Positions 59,935 to 64,000 of a DNA stretch of 64,000 nt are shown here, in pieces. The DNA is taken from positions 864,001 to 928,000 of the forward strand of contig OZ220090.1 in assembly GCA_964291625.2 (NCBI GenBank). Direction: 5' to 3'. This DNA is from Candidatus Latescibacterota bacterium. GTDB lineage: Bacteria; Latescibacterota; UBA2968; UBA8231. The notes beneath the pieces were generated by a model. The model was not told the origin of the DNA and ran no database searches. It saw only the letters and a program-made list of their open reading frames with translations. Each line of letters starts with the position of its first letter. Positions within the stretch are counted from its first letter, which is position 1. A program made the position numbers and the translations under genes.

Positions 59935-61825
59935 TCGAACAGTCCCACCAGGTCGTCCCTCCCCAGCATTCCCGCCAGGACGGCCGCCCTGCGGGCATTC
60001 TCCGCGGACAGCCCGCCGCGCCGCGCGATGCGCAACATCTCCGCCCACGCCTCGCCGGCCGTCACCGGCACCAGCACTTCGACCTCGGCGCCGGGATCGA
60101 CCTGCAGACGCTCGACGTAGTCGGCCTGGCCGGGACGCTGGACGTGCAGCGTGTAGGCCCCGGGAAGGAGCGGCGAGAAACGGATGGGAAGACGGTCACC
60201 GAGGCGGTTCTCCTCGGTCGCCTCCTGCAGGAAGAGCCGGGCCCGAAAGGCGACCTCGTCCCCCAGGTCGAGGGTATCGACCTGCGCTCTGACGCGCAGT
60301 CCGGCCGGCTCCTGCTCGAGGGAAACCCGCACCGTGGTCTCGTCGACCACCTCGATGCGTTCGGGGGCGACCGGACAGCCGACCCCGTACCGGGCCGCTC
60401 GCAACTCCAGCTGCCTCAGGTTGGCCCGACCACGGATCAGGCGCTCGTCGAAGACCACGAGGCCCTCCGAGTCCGCCCGGCCCAGCAGGAGGTCCGCGGC
60501 CCACAGGTCGATGCCGGGCCAGGGTACCCCTTGCCCGTCGACCACGGTCACGGCTACGGGCTTGGGCTCGAACACGACCCGCAGATCGTAGACGCCGGGC
60601 CCGGGAGACTCGGCGGCAAGCGGCCCCGCTCGAAGACGAGCCCCAACTGGACGAGGCTGATCCGTTCGAGCTCGTCGGGGGCCAGTCGCTTTCTCACCTG
60701 CACACGTCCCCGGCGGTTCGTGGTGCCGGCCGCCGCGGCGTCGAGCAGGACGTCGACGCCGGGGAAGGGCCGCCCGGAGGTGTCCAGCACCTCGATGGTG
60801 AACAGGTTCTCGGCCGGGCGCAGCAGGACCGACTTGCGGATGCGGCCCGGACGGAGCATCTCCACCACGGGCGAGGTCGGACTGGCTTCGTACCCGGGCC
60901 GCACCACGGCGAAGGTGTGGCGGCCAGGCTCCACGGGGAAGACCCCCGGGGTCACTCCGAGAGTGTCGCCGTCGAGCACGACGATCGAGCCAGGGGGATC
61001 GGAGTCCACCTGGAGGAGGGGCGGCACGATCGAGAATCCGCGCACGGCCTCCTCGTTCCAAAGCCGGGGCTCCCCGCCGGCGGCGTCGGTCACCCGGACC
61101 GCGACCTCCCCGAGGCCGACGTGGCCATCGCCGTCTTCGTCGCGGCCCGTCTCCAGCTCCTGGAGCAGGCGAGCAGTGAACCCGCCGTCCACGGCGCGCC
61201 GGCTGCCGACCTCGACCACGCCGGCGCTCTCCGGAAGGAAGTCCCCCCGATGCGCGCCGGGTGTGAATCCGTCGTACTCCCGGTCGTCGGCGGGCGAATC
61301 GGGGCCGGTGAACCCCTTGCCGCCCTCCCCGCTGTACGAGGCGTCGATGACCGCGCAGGTCCGGGTCGTTCTCAGGCGCTGGAGGAACTGGCCGATCTCG
61401 TCGTCGCGCAGGAAGCTCTCCCCCGTCGCCCCCTGGGCGTCAAAGGGCAGGAGGCACTCGTCGTACTGATCGACCTGCTCGTCGAGAAAGAGATCGTCCT
61501 CGAGGCGGGAACCGCGTCCCGAGAAGTAGAACAGGAACAGATCGTCCCCGCCCACCTGGCTGATGAGCGCCTGAAAGGCCCGATGGATGCCCTCGTAGGT
61601 GGCGGCCGAATCGGTGAGGGCCACGATGCGGTCGAACCCGCCTTCCACGGTCAGGAAGCGCTGCAGGGCGCCGACTTCGGAGACCGGGTGCTGCAGGGTC
61701 GGCACCCCCGAACTCTCGGGATAGGCCGCCACGCCCACCAGCAGGGCCCAGCGTTGGGCGCTCCAGGAGGCTTGACACAGACCCAGGAGCAGGACCGCCA
61801 CAGCCAACCCCGTCCGCCGGCCCAT
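59931..61825 (-). CDS. Secreted caspase-like (C14) pseudo-protease + PEGA domains, split by one frameshift near 60625
   Basis: RWALLVGV, YFSGRG, ECLLPFDA, IDASYSG; PEGA VDSDPPGS...GVTP; the frame of 59931-61061 continues the protein and ends in an ATGA overlap. Confidence 0.7.
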
Positions 61826-61829
61826 GGAC

Positions 61830-63860
61830 TCACCGCTGCTTGAGACGGTACTTGCGGATCAGGTCGTAGAGACGGCTGCGCGACAGGCCCAGATCGCCGG
61901 CCACCGCCTCCAGCTGCCAGTCCTTCTCCTCGAGCTTGTCCAGGATCCACTTGCGCTCGAATGCCTCGCGGGCCTTGCGCAAGGTCAGACCCTTGTCGAG
62001 ATCGAGCTCGGCCGCTTCCTCGGGCCCCTCCTGCAGGCGGCCCCAGAGGTGAAGGGCCTGCAGGCGCTCTCCCCCGGCCATGGCCCGGGAGTAGGTCAGC
62101 TGGTTCTCCAGCTCGCGGATATTCCCCGGCCACGGATAGCCTCCGAGCAGTTCCAGGGCCGCCGGGTCGATCCCGGCGGGGTAGTCGGCCAGGAAGTGCT
62201 CCACCAGCAGCGGCACATCCATGAGCCGCTCGCGCAGGGGCGGCAGGGGGATGACCATCACGTAGAGGCGGTAGAACAGGTCGGCTCGGAACCGCCCCTC
62301 GGCGACCTCCTTGTCGAGGTCCCGGTTGGTGGCGCAGACCAGGCGCACGTCCACCGGGCGCGGATGCTCCTCGCCCACCCGCTGTACCTCCCCCTCCTGC
62401 AGGACCCGCAGCAGCTTCACCTGGGTGGAGGGGCTGGTCTCGCTGATCTCGTCCAGAAGCAGAGTGCCGCCGGTCGCTGCCTCGAACAGTCCCTTGCGAT
62501 CCTGTTCCGCCCCGGTGTAGGCCCCCTTCCTGTGACCGAACAGCTCGCTCTCGAGCAGACTCTCGGTCAGGGCGCCGCAGTTGATGCCGATGAACGGCCC
62601 CTCCCGCCGGGCGCTCGTCCGGTGGATCGTGCGCGCCACCTCCTCCTTCCCCGTGCCGGTCTCGCCGTGGACCAGCACGGTTATGTCCGATTCACTCGCC
62701 TTCTGCATGAGGGCGAAGACGCGCCGCATGTTGTGGCTCTGACCGATGATGTGGGGGAACGGCTGCTCCCCCCGGGGCACGGGTTCGACCTGGGGCAGGT
62801 GCACACCTCCGCCCGCCGGGACCGGGGCCTCTTCGCCTCCCGTTCCTCCCCCGTCCCGTGCGCGCCGCAGGGCTTCTTCCAGCAGCCGGTTGCGGATGCG
62901 GCAGAGACCATCGTCCCTCCGGCGAACGGCCCCCAGCAGTTCCATCCGGGTAACCACCGGGGAGGTGCGGTCGTGGCGCGGCGGCTCTCCGCCGTCGAGC
63001 AGGGCCCCGAGCCACCGGGCGCCCTCGGCCGAACGGGTGAGGCCCGCCACGACCCGCTGCAGATTGTCGTCGCCGCCGTTGAGCAGATGCTCCGCCGCCT
63101 CTCCGACCCCCAGGTCGGGATGCTCTTCCAGGAGCGCACACAGGCGCGCCGTGAGATTGGGGTGCCCCTGGGTCCACTCGTAGACCGGGGCGGTCAGGGA
63201 CCCCCCTCTGGCGTCGGCCCGCTCGAGGAGCTGGAGCATCTGCCCGACCCCCTCGATGTCGAAGTCGGTGGTGTAGACCTCCTCGCTGATGTTGAAGGGC
63301 GACAGACCGCTCTCCGGAGCGATGAGGGTTCGCGGGTCCGTGGCCCCGGCCAGGACGAATACATATCGCTCGAACTCGGGCTGGGTAGCGCGTTCGTTGT
63401 AGACCGTGCGGATGGTGCCGAAGAAGCCCTCCCGCCAGGGCTCGGGAATCGCCTCGAACTCGTCGAGAGTCACGACGATGCGCTTCACCCCGGCGCAGCC
63501 CGCTATCGTCTTGAGGTCCTGGTAGAACCCGATCGATTCGGCGCCGGCTTCCACCGTGGTCCGCTCCGCCACGGAGAGGGCCCCGGCAATGCGATCCCCG
63601 ACAAAGCCGTAGAGCTGGGCGCATCCGGCGTCCTTCACCGGGGTCAGGTCGATCGGCACCGAGACGTACACGTCGGCTGACAGGCGGCGGTGCAGGTGAT
63701 ACAGGAGGCTGGTCTTTCCCGTCTGGCGGGCCCCCAGCACCGTCACGTAGTGGCCGCGCCGGACCAGTTCCAGCACTTCGTCGTCCACCGCTCTCTCCAC
63801 GTAGAGGCTCTGGTCGGGATCGGCGATGGGACCGCGCGTCTGGATCTTCCTCGGTGCCAT
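61830..63860 (-). CDS. AAA_35/STAND-like NTPase fused to a sigma54 enhancer-binding AAA+ domain and Fis-type HTH
   Basis: YVER, GARQTGKTS, TLDEFE, SPFNI, WTQGHP; then GETGTGKE, ESELFGH.KGAYTGA, LDEI, RFRADLFYRL, WPGNIREL, LGLSRSRLY. Confidence 0.88.
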   Translation of the reverse strand: MAPRKIQTRGPIADPDQSLYVERAVDDEVLELVRRGHYVTVLGARQTGKTSLLYHLHRRLSADVYVSVPIDLTPVKDAGCAQLYGFVGDRIAGALSVAERTTVEAGAESIGFYQDLKTIAGCAGVKRIVVTLDEFEAIPEPWREGFFGTIRTVYNERATQPEFERYVFVLAGATDPRTLIAPESGLSPFNISEEVYTTDFDIEGVGQMLQLLERADARGGSLTAPVYEWTQGHPNLTARLCALLEEHPDLGVGEAAEHLLNGGDDNLQRVVAGLTRSAEGARWLGALLDGGEPPRHDRTSPVVTRMELLGAVRRRDDGLCRIRNRLLEEALRRARDGGGTGGEEAPVPAGGGVHLPQVEPVPRGEQPFPHIIGQSHNMRRVFALMQKASESDITVLVHGETGTGKEEVARTIHRTSARREGPFIGINCGALTESLLESELFGHRKGAYTGAEQDRKGLFEAATGGTLLLDEISETSPSTQVKLLRVLQEGEVQRVGEEHPRPVDVRLVCATNRDLDKEVAEGRFRADLFYRLYVMVIPLPPLRERLMDVPLLVEHFLADYPAGIDPAALELLGGYPWPGNIRELENQLTYSRAMAGGERLQALHLWGRLQEGPEEAAELDLDKGLTLRKAREAFERKWILDKLEEKDWQLEAVAGDLGLSRSRLYDLIRKYRLKQR

Positions 63861-63885
63861 GGATGCTCTCTTCGGTGGCTGGCGC

Positions 63886-63999
63886 CTACGCGGAGGCCAG
63901 GTTATCTCCGTTCGCCGCGGCCAGGTCCCGGGCAAACCCCGTTCCCGGCTTCACCTGCTCGATGGCCTCGGCGATGTTCTTCACTCTGTGGAGGATGTC
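63886..63999 (-). CDS. 3' end of a gene entering from the right edge, product unknown
   Basis: Open frame DILHRVKNIAEAIEQVKPGTG...LASA* ending TAG 25 nt before the activator start. Confidence 0.45.
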   Translation of the reverse strand, partial: DILHRVKNIAEAIEQVKPGTGFARDLAAANGDNLASA

Positions 64000-64000
64000 C

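Overview
Very GC-rich bacterial DNA with about 47 real genes; most long ORFs in the track are shadow frames. The gene content (FlgD/T9SS-CTD-like C-termini, a PorV-like barrel, a C-terminal SWGxLK motif, paralogous PhyH dioxygenases and enolase-superfamily enzymes) suggests an FCB-group organism such as Latescibacterota. That assignment is inference only. The 1-47 kb part is mostly metabolic and housekeeping genes (pyrD-like, glnA, glnE, folD, mnmA, sirtuin, nudC, nth, phoX-like, sulfatase). Two small accessory inserts interrupt it: a Schlafen/AlbA_2-HATPase gene with a decayed wHTH relic (23.5-26 kb), and an AbiEii-like pair, a TA relic and a DUF5131-TcmP fusion (41.4-44.6 kb). The standout is 47.6-64 kb, two tightly coupled minus-strand operons. 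Operon A encodes an AAA_35/STAND-like NTPase fused to a sigma54 activator, a secreted catalytically dead caspase-PEGA protein (frameshifted), a PorV-like barrel and a double beta-propeller surface protein. Operon B encodes DUF4956, HlyD, TolC, a VTC polyphosphate polymerase domain and a secreted CotH kinase. Between them lie a near-consensus sigma54 -24/-12 promoter and three palindromic enhancer-like sites. This looks like a candidate sigma54-controlled polyphosphate synthesis/export and extracellular phosphorylation system. No rRNA, tRNA, CRISPR array or transposase was recognised. Domain calls come from motif recognition by eye, not database searches.
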